Shown here in pieces: positions 1 to 11,870 of a stretch of DNA of 64,000 bases (its first letter is position 1; every line of letters starts with the position of its first letter). A model generated the notes under the pieces. The model was not told where the DNA came from and made no database searches. It saw only the letters and a program-made list of their open reading frames with translations. The DNA comes from Camelus ferus (taxonomy: Eukaryota): contig NC_045696.1 of the NCBI RefSeq assembly GCF_009834535.1, positions 98,024,001-98,088,000 of the forward strand, given 5' to 3'. The position numbers were made by a program, and so were the translations under genes.

Positions 1-2075
1 TTGACTCATATTCCTGCCCTTTTAAAATTTTACTCAGTTTCAATTTAACTAGTTAACTTTCTTGTTTAGAAATCAGTGTATATATTTTTAAACTTTATGT
101 TAAATATCTTGATCTTCTTAAACATTGGTTTCAATTACTTTTATGTCCCCGTCTGCCAGGAAAAAAAGAGTTGTGATGATAGCTATGTGTAGTGGTATAC
201 TAGGTAAACACTCTGTATTGTAGATTTTGCCTTAATTACAGCTCCAGGATTGGAAATAATCAGGAAAATAATCATCTTATATTTAATACTGCTGAGTACC
301 AATAAAATTATATTCACACAGAGTATGTTTTCTCTTGGGGGATATCAAAGGCATTGGTGTATTTTTTCTTCATTTTATTTCTAGTGCTTGCCAAAGTTCT
401 GTTCATTAGTATTTGGAAGGAAGAATCATTAAAAACAGGACAAATTTTATGTTCTTGTTTATTAACAAGAATTCAAATGCTTAACCTTAAGTTTTCAACT
501 ATTTTAACTTTAAAATTCTTGCAAAAGATTTAACACAATAGCTTTCCTTCATTTAATTCACCAGTCTGTATGTAATGACTTTCCTTACAAGTTCTACATT
601 CTGTAATTTGGTACCTCATTTGTGTGATACTTCTGAATAAAAAAAGCCAAAGATACTGATAGCTGTGAATGATGGTTGACATGCTTCCCTGCAGTAATGT
701 CTACTTCAAAGGGGAAACTGTTGACTTAGAAACTCAGTAAGCAGATGTAGTGTTTTTTTCTTCCATGTTAATATAGTCATATTTATTGTGTAGTAATAAG
801 GGAGAACAGTCTTCTCGTTGAAGCCATAACAATTTACTGCTTTTGATGGGATAGATGAGATATTTTTCCCAGTCAGATCTTTTAGTGGTTAAAATGGGAT
901 TCAAAAAAATCTCTTTTCCAGCTCCCTACTCAACCTTCCTGATCAAGAATTTTCTGACAAATTTAAACCATTTCTACCTTTAAATATGAAAATTAATTTC
1001 TATATGAAAATAATACAACTGTAATAATGTATATAATTTAATGTACATGGAACAGGACACCTACATTAACCTCAATCAAGTTATAATAGCTAGGCTACAT
1101 TGGGACTTCATTTAGGACAAATGTCAAAATGATTTCTTAGATTGGTAGATAAAACAAATTCTAGGGCATGTCTTTGCACATCTGAAACCCAGTTTAGACT
1201 ATTCTAAGAGGGTATTTAATGTATCAGATGTAATATTACAAGTCATCAAAGAGATTATATACTGTTAAAACATGCTCTATTTGCTAAAGCAGCAATGGGA
1301 CTAATGTTTTAGGAACATTTTCACTAAGTTTTGCCATCTTTTCAGCATTCTAGCTCATTAAAAAGGCAGATAAAATTAACTAGGATACAGCTTCCTGAAT
1401 GTTTAAACCAATTTACCCTTTTTGTTAGGATAGGGAAGGGCTATTCCCTAATAGTACATTGTAGGTTTTTTACACAGATTTTTGCACTGGTATCATCAAT
1501 ATATTGATAATGGTAAATATTTCGTGATAAATTGTTTAGTGAAGGACACTTAATATGCTTCTTGCAGATACAGGGAAAAGCAAGAATTAAGGTAAACATT
1601 CACGATATGCGTGAATCATAGACCTTGATCAAGCATGGAGCTCATCTCCAAAGGCATGTTTCTGACCTTTGTGTGGTTAAATTTGTCTTATAGTCAAAGG
1701 CTATTATATACCCATCACTGTTTACAAGGGGATTAAAAAAAATAAGGCTATATTGATCACCTCCACAAATGTATGTTCTTGTGTCTGAGTAGCTGTTGTC
1801 TATTTACACATCTTACTAAATGACCCTTGGTATTTTAGGCTCCCTGGAAAACATTTTGCAATATAATTATGCAGTTCTGCATGGCAAAGTTAATACTTCA
1901 CCTTAATAAAGGTGTATCTTGGAAGATCAGGGAAGGAAATCTGAGTGACTTCCCAGCCTTTTTTATGCACATTATATGCTTTTTCCTATGCTAAATTTGT
2001 CACTTTCTTATTCCAAAAGTTAATAGCCTTCACTAAATAGTATTTAAAATAAATTATGTATGTCTTTTCACTTTA
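1..2075 (+). other. Putative 3' UTR of the convergent neighbour gene (HLTF by synteny); AATAAA at 1905-1910 and 2048-2053
   Basis: AT-rich DNA with no recognisable repeats and + strand poly(A) signals followed by T/GT-rich sequence. In human, HLTF ends tail-to-tail a few kb from GYG1. No HLTF coding sequence is visible. Confidence 0.45.
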
Positions 2076-2499
2076 GAGCTTTTATCTCTTATGCTGTGTA
2101 AAAAATAGGGAAGAAAAGGGAGTAAGTAAACACAAAAAAGTTACCAGATGATACTTTTTCATTCTCCCTGCCACCCCCTCAGTTTGATGCTTTGATATCT
2201 TTTCTCAATTGTTTAAAAAAAAAAAAAGTCTTTGAATCTTGTGATCTCTTACAGTACAGATGGAGTGTTACAAAATAAGGCCCCAAATACCAGTGACACT
2301 AAAGAGGTAAACACTATAGAATTTTATCTGTAGATGTTATTTATGGTAATGTTTCCTGTGTCACTCAAGAAGCGGAGCCTGTCTCCTGGGAAGCCTTTAC
2401 TAATCAGAAGTTGAGTCCCCTGCCATGTAACAACTGCTACACCTTTGCTAAAACATGACTCCTTGTTGTATTTAGTGTAAATACTTTTTTAATGTATCA

Positions 2500-2690
2500 A
2501 GTGGTTCTCAAATGTCATTTGGGCCAGTTACTGTCTGATAGTTACTTGGAGTAGAGATACTGTGGCCTCAACCAAGACCTAGTGAATCAGAATCTGCAGT
2601 GATGAGGTCCACAAAACTACTTACAATGAAGTCTCCAGTGTTTTCAGGAACAGCCAAGTTGGAGACTCAGTTGCTCAAGCCTCTAGTTCT
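2500..2690. mobile_element. MER5-like hAT DNA transposon fragment
   Basis: cagtggttctcaaa-type end and ccaagacctagtgaatcagaatctgca core. Confidence 0.6.
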
Positions 2691-2884
2691 CAAGTCCTCC
2701 TTTTTTCTCTCCACGGCCAATCCACCAGCTTCACTGCATTCACCCTGGTGAAAGGTATGTTGGATCATCACTGTCTCTCCCCAGGACCACTACAGCAAAC
2801 AAACTTGCTTTTCCAGCAACTCTTGTCCTCATTTAAGCTATTTTCCACAAGCTGCGGAAGCAATGTTCTTAAAATACTAGTTAC

Positions 2885-3790
2885 AAAGGTAAGACGATCA
2901 GACCCTCTGTAAGGACTGCAATGGATTGAAACGAACTATATTAAAATACATTAATTCATGATACTAGAACAGACCCCCACAAAACCACCTCTGGAGGATG
3001 CTAGGGAACCAATTCCTTATTTTATGTACTAACTAGTGAATGAAAGGAAATAATCAAGCATTTACCCTGCTTTTTTTTTAATAGAAACTTAACCTCGGGA
3101 CAATCAAGTTATTGTTGAATGGAAGTATACGGAAGAGGTTCAGCTAATAACTGAGAGTATCACCATTTTGCAACCCCTAATAATTCAGCCATCGATCATC
3201 AATGGCAGTTCATATCATAAGAAGACAACCAGAGACTTGGAAGTACCCAACAGCCCTATAAAGTACTGCCAAAAAAAAAAAAAAATCACACTTTAATTGG
3301 GTCAGTCCTCTAGATCAGTTTACAAGAAATAACAGAATACAAAGAAACATGTCAAATTGCAATCAGTAAAATGCAGACTGTGAGAGACTATACAGGACAA
3401 ACCCAGTTGCTTCAGTAAGTAAATTGCAAGGAAACAAGAAAGGAGGGGAGGAAACAACTGAATCAGACATACCAACCAGTTGCACTGTGTGAGCCTTAAC
3501 TTGGATCCTGGTAAGATCAAAGAGGAAAGAAAACACAAATAGAGGACATTTGGAATTAAATGTTTTTTGTGTGATAATTTTCTGGAGTCTTTATGTTTTA
3601 AAGATATATATGGCAATACTTCACATGAAATTTTTTATCTGGGGTTTGCTTCCAAATAGTTTGGTAAGGGAAGAGTCAGTGGGGATACAGATGAAACAAC
3701 TGGTTGAAGCTGGGTTGATGGGGGTTCTTTATACTATGCTGCTTACTTTTGTGTCTATGTTAAGTATAAATTACATTAATAAAACTTCAG
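2885..3790 (+). mobile_element. Old L1 (L1MC-like) 3' UTR fragment
   Basis: Typical L1MC 3' end motifs, e.g. gttgaagctgggttgatgggggttctttatactatgctgcttacttttgtgtctatgtt. Confidence 0.6.
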
Positions 3791-3799
3791 TTGATAGCT

Positions 3800-4095
3800 A
3801 TTAAATTTAAGATTAAATCAAAGCCCATACCTTGGCCTACGAAGCCACTCTGTACCTCTCCATCTTGTCTTCGAAGCCTTTATGTCCACTAAGTTCTCAC
3901 CTGCTTCAGGGCCTTTGCTCGCACAGTTCCCTCTGAAGAGAATGTTCCTCCTTCCCCTCACCTCCCGTTGGCCACCTCAGAGCTATGCCCTGAGTATGGA
4001 ACTGTGTCTGTCTTGTACAGTCCTATGTTTCTAATGCCAGTCACATGTGTGATATGGTCAGTGTTATAATAAGTGCTTGTTGAATGAATTACTGA
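3800..4095 (+). mobile_element. L2 3' end
   Basis: cttcagggcctttgctcgcacagttccctctg ... aataagtgcttgttgaatgaat terminus. Confidence 0.65.
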
Positions 4096-5379
4096 GTTGT
4101 CTGTCTTAAATGTGTATGGCAGCTGACACTGTCTTTGATGTGAAACTAAGATAACTGAATAAATGCTTTGATGTAATTCCTACAGTAAGCTCAAGTACTT
4201 CCCCTGAAACCAGACATATCTTTATGACCACTGAGACTGTGAAAGCAGCACAGGGTTGAAATGAACTTTGAAATTAGACACAGATAGACTGTCCAGAACT
4301 AAAGGCTCATTTGTATGACTTGCAAATTACATTGTAATGAATTTAATTTCTGTTTAGCTAGATTCTCTATGCACTGGATTCTCACTGGAGGAGTTTAGCT
4401 CATACCATTAATGCTGAGATCTCTGGACGAGGAGTATCTTGAGGGGTCTTTGCACCACAGCACCAGACACGTGAAGGCACTTCAGATCTTTGGTAGTGCT
4501 TCCTGTACTTGAAGATCATAACTCATTCTCCACCAGTCCAAATAACTGTAGCTTTTTTAATCTTCAGAAATCATTTATCATTTAATAGTTTATACAGTTT
4601 TAGGTGAATCCTCAGGTTCTTCCTGAGCTTTGCTGGTAGCCCAGGGTATACCCTATCCATTCTTGCCTCCAGATTTCCATACCCCTGGTATTCACTCACA
4701 TGCTTATTGAATAGGGCAGACCTGTGTAACCAATAGGCTATCATGGAAATAAAGGAAGGTGACCGTGAAGGTTAGCCTGTAAAAGCCATTGCAGCTGCTG
4801 GATATTTAAACCTGAAGTTTCTTCTTGTCATGGTTTTCTCTCTCATTTTCTTCAAGAGAATGATTTCTGACTATTCACTTTAGTTTTAAAAGGTCATTTT
4901 AAGATCCTACCCTTCACTAGCTTGCCATCATTGCAACCTAGAATCATCTGTACCTTTAATAAATACGCTTTATTTACACTTCTATCATTTTAAGTCATGG
5001 ATTAAAACACTAGAAGACATTGGGTCCAGTGCTGATTCTAATAGTCCTGAAAGATTATTGAGTATGTTTAGAGACTGACAATCAACCTATGATGACTTTA
5101 AGGTTACAATATTCTAAAATCTGCATACCCAGTTAGTACAGAGATGAAATGTGGGTGACACATTAGATAAGTTTGATCTCTCTTTCCTCCATCTAGCCGA
5201 TTCAGACCCATCACCATCACTGGAGAACACTAGATATAGATTATCTAGAAACCAATTTTTAAAGCATATATTCCAGTGTCAAGTTTTACACTGGTTTTCA
5301 AAACACAAATTCTACAAATTATGAAGTTTCCTAATACTTTTTCTTCGAGGGGAGTGGGGGTCCTTAATTTAATTAGACA

Positions 5380-6086
5380 ACCAAGATATGTCAATATATC
5401 TTTATTTTTCATACAAGGTGACACTGCAGGTAACCATCAGAGAACACACTGCTGTTTTCAGATATACAGAACTGAACAAAAGCATTTCAGCATGCCGCCT
5501 GATTGTACGTAGAAAACTCGTGAACATCTCTAGAACATTAGGACTAGGAATAAAATGGGATAGATAACACCATTTGTTGATATGTTCATGAATCACTCAG
5601 CAGTGTTGTTATAGGCTGTCTTTATCTGAAAGCATTATTGCAATCGCTCTGCAGCCTCTGGGCAATTGTAAAACGCAGGTCTAGTGAAGGGTACAAGCAA
5701 GCGAGACAGATGCCGCGTCCCATTCTGAAGGGAGACTGATTGGAGCCTGGCTTGGCACATTTTAAGAATTGATACAGCCATCTTAACAGCTTAAGATTGA
5801 GTTTCCCTTACCACAAATGTTGGCAATCAGCATAACTGAGAATTTCTGAAACATTAGTTGAATAAGCCTAAGGTTAAAAAGCAGAACACTGTTGTTCATG
5901 TAGCAGAACTGCCGCTTAACAACTTTTGCCCAGTTCTCACCAGTCCTGCAAAAACCCCTCATCTGATGAATTTTAGTGAAAGCTTCTAGCAACTGTAACA
6001 GACCTTTCTTAACCCAGCTCTAGATACTAAGTATCAGAAACAAGTGCTTGTGAAGTGGATGTGTCCACAGGAAAATGGCAGTGTTT
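5380..6086 (-). other. GYG1: GYG1 3' UTR (approximate end)
   Basis: Non-repetitive sequence after the TAG. The 3' end is inferred from the minus-strand AATAAA at 5401-5406. Confidence 0.7.
5401..5406 (-). terminator. GYG1: Probable GYG1 polyadenylation signal AATAAA
   Basis: tttatt on + strand, ~680 nt after the stop. A more distal AATAAA lies at 4969-4974. Confidence 0.65.
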
Positions 6087-6260
6087 CTACTGGAGGTAAG
6101 TGTCAAGTTTCCTCTTGATGTTGTCAAAGGAATCTGCTCCCATGTAATCAGCCTGGCCCTGTTCCCACCGCTCCTTCCGTTCTTCTGAGGATACAAAAGG
6201 CTGGGCGGCAGCCGGGACCTCCCCAAGGGACAGCTGTGACACGGCTCCTGAGACACTTTC
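6087..6260 (-). CDS. GYG1: Glycogenin-1 last coding exon (174 nt incl. TAG), glycogen-synthase-binding C-terminus
   Basis: ctctcctttctag|GAA AGT... encodes [57 protein letters not shown]. Exon sum 7+136+175+163+127+220+51+174 = 1053 nt, with all phases consistent. Confidence 0.98.
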   Translation of the reverse strand, partial: ESVSGAVSQLSLGEVPAAAQPFVSSEERKERWEQGQADYMGADSFDNIKRKLDTYLQ

Positions 6261-6545
6261 CTAGAAAGGAGAGAATAACCAGAGACTCCTTTAGAGCTGA
6301 AAGTCAGACCGTTTTGAAGAATGTGATAAACTGAAGAAGGTGAGAAAAGCCAGGATGAAATATCATGCAAAACAGCAAAAACCGAAAAGTAGTACGTGAA
6401 ACAAAATGAACAACAACAACAAAAAGACATCAAATTACAAGGATCATATGATTTTTTTTCCTAACAAAATGAAGACTTCTTGACTCGGTGAAAACATTGG
6501 GAGAACAAATTAATTAGGTAGGGTTAATGTTTAAGTTCTGCATAC

Positions 6546-6596
6546 CTTTCTACAGAAGCCACAAGAGAAAGCCAGTGTATAGACCAAGTCTGAAAG
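6546..6596 (-). CDS. GYG1: Glycogenin-1 coding exon 7 (51 nt, frame-preserving cassette)
   Basis: gtttgcag|CTT TCA GAC... encodes LSDLVYTLAFSCGFCRK|gtatgc. Matches the 17-aa segment that separates the 350-aa and 333-aa glycogenin-1 forms. Confidence 0.92.
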
Positions 6597-7394
6597 CTGC
6601 AAACAGTTCATTAGAAAGCGTAAGATGGATGGACAAGGGAACACAAGTCTCACGATAAACTCTTGATCTGTGTGGGCTCAGAAAGGTTGAGAACTTAAAC
6701 AAAATGATGCCTCATAGGCTAAGCTTCAGAAAAAACCTAAGCAGAGAGCCACACCACACACACAGCTGTCACGCTGTAAAAGTGAAAGCTAAACGGTTGG
6801 AGACTGTACGCCAATCTTATCTGCCTGGTCAAGCTTATTACCAAGAAGTATCTATTCCTGTAGCTTCTGTTAATTCAATTTTCTTAGTTTCTAATTAGTT
6901 TTCATTTCCCATCTTCACCTTCCCTTGGTCCATAACCCTCAGTCCTTGGGTTGCAGGAGGAACAAAGCAAAAGTGCAGGAAATGGAGCAAACCTCCACTA
7001 CGTTAAATGTGATTCTCGTTACACACAGGTAGGCAACTAACTTCAATTGTATCACAAAAGAACATCAGTTATCCTTCATCAAGCTCTCAGGTGTGATGAT
7101 ACTGGAAATCTTGGCAGAGAAAAAGTAAGGCAAATGAATACATTCAGGTATTGCTTGTAACAGAGAAAATGGTAGAACAAAATGTTTGATTATCTGTTTC
7201 TGTTGCTATGTAGGTGTGTAAGCATAAGTATATATGTATGTATTTAAATCTCCTGGAACTCCAAGGTATTTGGGTAGATCGCATGGGATTGTATTACAGC
7301 CGAGGCAACATGAATCCTTCCCTTGGGTTGGCTCTGCCTCTGCCTCCACTTGCAACAGGAGTCATAGGAGCCTCTTCCAGAGTCCTCTGCTCGC

Positions 7395-7690
7395 AATACT
7401 GTTCATAAGGGTAACGGTTCTCAGGCCTGGATGTGAGTCCCATTCTGCTACTGACTAGTCTGTTACATACGTAAGAGAAGTTACATAACTTCTTTAAACC
7501 TCAGTTAATTTTAATATATAAAAAGGTGTAACTGACCATAATATTTACTTGAAAGGGTGCTTACAAAGGTTAAATAAGAATAGATAACTTTTCTTAAGCA
7601 TTTACTATGTCCCAGGCAATGTTTGAAGTACTGTGTAAGTATCATTTCATGATTCACATAAAGCAATTAGTGTTAAGCACACGAGTGTTA
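7395..7690. mobile_element. MIR fragments
   Basis: gagtcccattctgctactgactag...cttctttaaacctcagtt and catttactatgtcccaggc motifs. Confidence 0.55.
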
Positions 7691-8563
7691 GTTATTTTTC
7701 CCTTTCTCCCTTTTATATTTTGGCAAAAGTGCTAATAAGTGAAGTGGCTAAATCTATACCATAGCAAAGAGAAGAATCTCTTATAACCTTATACTCTCTT
7801 ATAAGTATAGCCAGGTAATTAACCGATCTATTAGACTTGACTACAATTCGCCCATTCAGTTGTATTCTTTATATCATAATATGTAACATAAAAGTTAAAT
7901 TCTTCCAATTCTTCCATAAGAACAAACCTCAGAGGAAGACTTTTAAAGTCAGAAAAGATGGTAAGTAGGTTGTAACTGTAAATGTTAATATGCCATCTTC
8001 CTCTTACAAAGAGATTTTTGAAGATCCTATACAACCATAGGAGTATAACATGGCAAATCAAAATAATCCTAGAAAAGTATTTGTTCTATGTTCATGTTAC
8101 TGTAATTTTCACTGGAAACACATTCTTCTAAGCAGGTGGCAAAAATAAATAGGTATATTTAAATTTTTTCAGTTTCTAAAACATGAAATGGGACTTTTTT
8201 TTTTTGTAAACCACTACTTCAGAAATCATCTTAAAATCTTTTCTTGGGACAATGGGTCATGAATTTTATAGTTATAATATGGATATATTATATATCTAAT
8301 ATGGATATATATATTTATATATACAAAAACTTCTAAAAAGCCTTTCTTACATTTTCAGGTCCAATGAAATCTGCTACAAAATCTACTTCTGCTTTTATCT
8401 TTGCTGGTAATATTTCTCCCCTCTAAGATGGACATTGTTTTCTTTCCACAAAGTTTTAATTATATCTTTGTTCAAAATACCACTAAATACTCCACTTCTA
8501 CTAGTGCACCAAGTTTTTAAAAATACAGCATTAAATTACTTGAAAGAAAAAAATGGAACCTAC

Positions 8564-8783
8564 CACATTCACATGTGAGTGGGTATCTTTGACGAGGCCA
8601 AACTGCTGAAGCAGAGGTAAAACGCTGGTAGTGAAGATGTCCCACCACAGGCTGAGGAACTCTGGGTGAGTCGTGTTGGGATCGTGGGACTCACTTTTGA
8701 CACTTTTTGTTTTAGGATCGTAAGTATAATTCCACGGTTTAAACCGTCCTAGGAAATGCACAACTTTGGCATTTGCACCAAAT
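8564..8783 (-). CDS. GYG1: Glycogenin-1 coding exon 6 (220 nt), contains His212
   Basis: ttggcag|A TTT GGT... encodes [73 protein letters not shown]|gtaggt. Overlaps ORF 8531..8929. Confidence 0.98.
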
Positions 8784-9029
8784 CTGCCAAGTGAACACAA
8801 GTTGAAACGGTTAGTGGAGTCTGAGCACTGACACTGCACCTTTCTAGTGGCTGGAAAAGAAGCTGAGCTCACTGAAAACATTTTAGACATACTTCTAAAA
8901 TTATTTAATTGTATGTTACATATACACAAAAATCCAAAAGCAGCAATGGATCAATGCAATAACCAAACACCGATCCACTGTGCACAGAAACAGGTACAAC
9001 CACCAGAAAAACCGTTCACTATTACCTAG

Positions 9030-9975
9030 TAAAGTGGAAAGTGCTCACTCTCTACAACCCAGAAGGAAGCGCAGCTCCTAGGCACGTACCCCAAGGGAAC
9101 TCTTACACATGTGCAACAGGAGACATAATCAAAATGTTCGCAGCAGCAGCACTGCTTGAAATAGTCATAAACTGGAAACAGCCAAAATGACCACAGGTTA
9201 GCTTGGGTTACCGATCAGCAAGCAAGCGTCCACTTCTTTTCTCAATCTCCACATGGGGAGTACACGTTCCTGCCTCACTGATACTGGTGTGTTCATATGA
9301 TTTGTTTTTGCCAATGAAATGTGGGCAGAAGTGACAGTGTGCCCTGAAAAAGCACCTTCTTTCTGTTCACCCTCCCTGAGAAGCTGCAACTTCTGCCAGC
9401 AGAAGGATGTGCCCTGGGTAGCCTGCTGGTTCCAGAATGAGACGATGGCAACAGATGTGGATCAAACCCGTGGGCTGGCTCCAAACTCAGCTGAGATGAG
9501 CAGAGCTGTCTGGCCTATCCACCAACACATGAGCAAGAAATACATGCAGACTGCTGAATGTCACTGAGATTTGATGGTTAGTTATCCATCCTGTTCTTTT
9601 TTAAAGGGCAACTTCTGGTATATTCATACCATGGAACACAATATAGCAATGAAAATGAACTATAGCTACACACATCATGTCGTAAGTAGGTAATTTTTTA
9701 AAATATGCTGGAAAAAAGAAACATATACAAATACAAATTCAAATAGCAATACATACATATAAATCCACTTCCATAAGGACAAAACAAACAAAAGTACTAT
9801 TTAAAGGGTAGAAAACTAATCAGTACCAATTTCATGATACTGGTTATCTTGGGAGGAGAGGGGAAGCTGTGACAGGAAAGGGACAAAAAGGGGCTTCTAG
9901 ATACTGGTTGTGTTCCTTTTCTTAACTTGGGTGGTGGAGATTCAAAAACACTTTTTGTATACACTCATACATACT
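9030..9975 (+). mobile_element. Old L1 (L1ME-like) fragment interrupted by an MLT1-like MaLR LTR (~9196-9590)
   Basis: L1 motifs ctcctaggcacgtaccccaagggaact and aactggaaacagccaaaatg resume at ~9610 (ctggtatattcataccatggaa). The middle has MLT1 motifs gccaatgaaatgtgggcagaagtgac and cactgagattt. Confidence 0.6.
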
Positions 9976-9984
9976 ATATTTCAC

Positions 9985-9987
<3 letters not shown>

Positions 9988-10024
<37 letters not shown>
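9988..10024. repeat. (AC)n microsatellite, ~18 units
   Basis: Direct reading. Confidence 0.95.
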
Positions 10025-10028
<4 letters not shown>

Positions 10029-10559
10029 AAGAGCAAGAGTTAAAGAGTGGTCCTGTTCTGGCTGGGGGGGGGCAGAATCTACACATATAAAACAAAATAA
10101 GAAAGGTGAATACAAGTGGAATATAAAAGGAAGATGGGACAGTGAGTGCCCCAGAAATTCGGAGGTAGGGAGGTCACTGAAACCTGGGTTCAGTGAGGCA
10201 GGAGGGGCCAAGAGAGTGGACGTGACTTCACACTTGCACAATAGATAGGAACCGGGCAGCTGGTGCTAACAGGGAATTCTCGGCAGGAGGATGCAGGTAT
10301 CAGGCGAGCATATATGTGCTAGATTAATGTTCTCCAGTTAGAGCCAAAGAAGAAGCTTTGACAGGGAAAGGTAAAATGGGACAGATCCTCGGGTGCTGGG
10401 CTCAAATGTTAGATTTTAGTGGACTTATCCTACAGGGAACCAAAGTATCTGAGCATGATGTACAGAAACTCCATTCATGTAACCTTTTCTCTCTCCTAAC
10501 CTTGTGCTTGGCTGGTTGGTTGGTTGGTTTTTATGTCAGAAACCTGTTAGGTAGCTATC

Positions 10560-10785
10560 ATTATCTGACAGCTTACTATGTTTGGGGCCCACATTCCTTC
10601 AGGAAAACATTTGGGAATAATAACAGTCCTACCAGGTAAATTTTACTAATGCATTAATGGAGGTTCCTAGAGGCTAAGTGCGTTGCCCAGAGGCACACAG
10701 CTATGTAGTGGCAGAGATGGGATTCAGCACGGTTTTGTCCCTCTCTTAGGCCTAAGCTCTTACCATCCTACCGTGCTGCTACCCC
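10560..10785. mobile_element. MIR
   Basis: agaggctaagtgcgttgcccagaggcacacagctatgtagtggcagagatgggatt core. Confidence 0.7.
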
Positions 10786-11664
10786 AAAACTATGCGGGAA
10801 GAAGAAAGCCTCTGGTAAATTTCCTCCTAAGGGTAACTAACCACCCCCCAGTGCATTTCTTCTGAAGAGGAATGGAAACCTAATATCCCCAGACTTACTC
10901 TTTATTTCATATATGCGGTATATTTCACACACACACAAGCACTCTCAATTTTATCCTTAAAAGGATAAATCATAATGCTCAAATGTGTGCACAGATAGGG
11001 CTATCAATTAAATAAGCAGCTGTTATGCGTAAGGCACTATACTCTCTCTGCTCAGTGCTTGGGCTCCAGGAGGCTCCGCTGGATAAGGGAGATGAGTCAT
11101 CTACATAAAAATACGAAACAATAGCACAAGCAGGGCAGCAAGGCAGGGCAGCGCTGACACCGAGGGCCCTGGACATTCCAAAGCAATTACCGCAGGTGGG
11201 GGTTTTCCCAAGAGGCTTCATAGCAGAGAGTGGGGCCTGACCAGGCCTGGGAAAGATGAGCGGGATGAAGAGTGCCTTCAACAAATGTCCTAATGATGAT
11301 AGGGGCGGGGGACGGGCAGGATGACGGGCACCTCCTCATCCTGGCGGTACACTTAAGCCTCAAACCAGAACAGAGCTCACGTGGAAGAGGAGGTGCCCCT
11401 CCACCTCCTCGGACACCCACTCTCCTGCACTGACTTCCCTGCCTGGAGCAAGAGGACTTGTTTGTTCCTTCTGGATTAAGTGACTAGCGAGTCTCAAGCC
11501 ATGATCTGCTGAGCCAAATATAAATATCATAGGCAGTCATTACATGAGTGGTAGTAACGGTAATTAAAATAAATTAGAACGTGAATAGAGCATGAACTCT
11601 ATTCATTTCTAACCCACTCCCTGGACAGTTCACAAATGCTTAAGCAGTAGTCATCATGACAGCG

Positions 11665-11870
11665 AACCTATACTGGGTATTCACGTGTGCCAGGCACTGG
11701 TTAACATCTGCATGGTTCATCTCAATCTCCAGCACAACTATGTGAGGAAACCAAGGCAGGAAGAAGTTAACTTGTCTAGGATCACATGGCTGCTGAGTGA
11801 TGGGGCTGGGATTCTGCCCGAGGAGTCTGGCTCCCCAGCTAAGGTTCTTAACCACAGCTAGGCTGCCACT
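11665..11870. mobile_element. MIR
   Basis: gaggaaaccaaggcagg...aagttaacttgtctaggatcacatggct...gggattctgcccgaggagtctggctcc. Confidence 0.7.

Noticed and set aside
1535..1592. Superficial resemblance to the HLTF C-terminus (VKD..., KQEL)
   Set aside because: In-frame stop immediately after VKDT, no continuous helicase peptide and no matching exon structure.
1598..1616. Hairpin attcacg-atatg-cgtgaat in the putative neighbour 3' UTR
   Set aside because: A 7-bp stem is expected by chance and matches no known element (IRE, SECIS, histone stem-loop).
6020..6433. 137-aa minus-strand ORF across the last GYG1 exon
   Set aside because: Alternative frame starting in the intron at a non-ATG codon; the true frame is fixed by the splice acceptor at 6260.
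8270..8325. AT-rich repeat (taatatggatatat twice)
   Set aside because: Ordinary low-complexity (TA)n-derived sequence.
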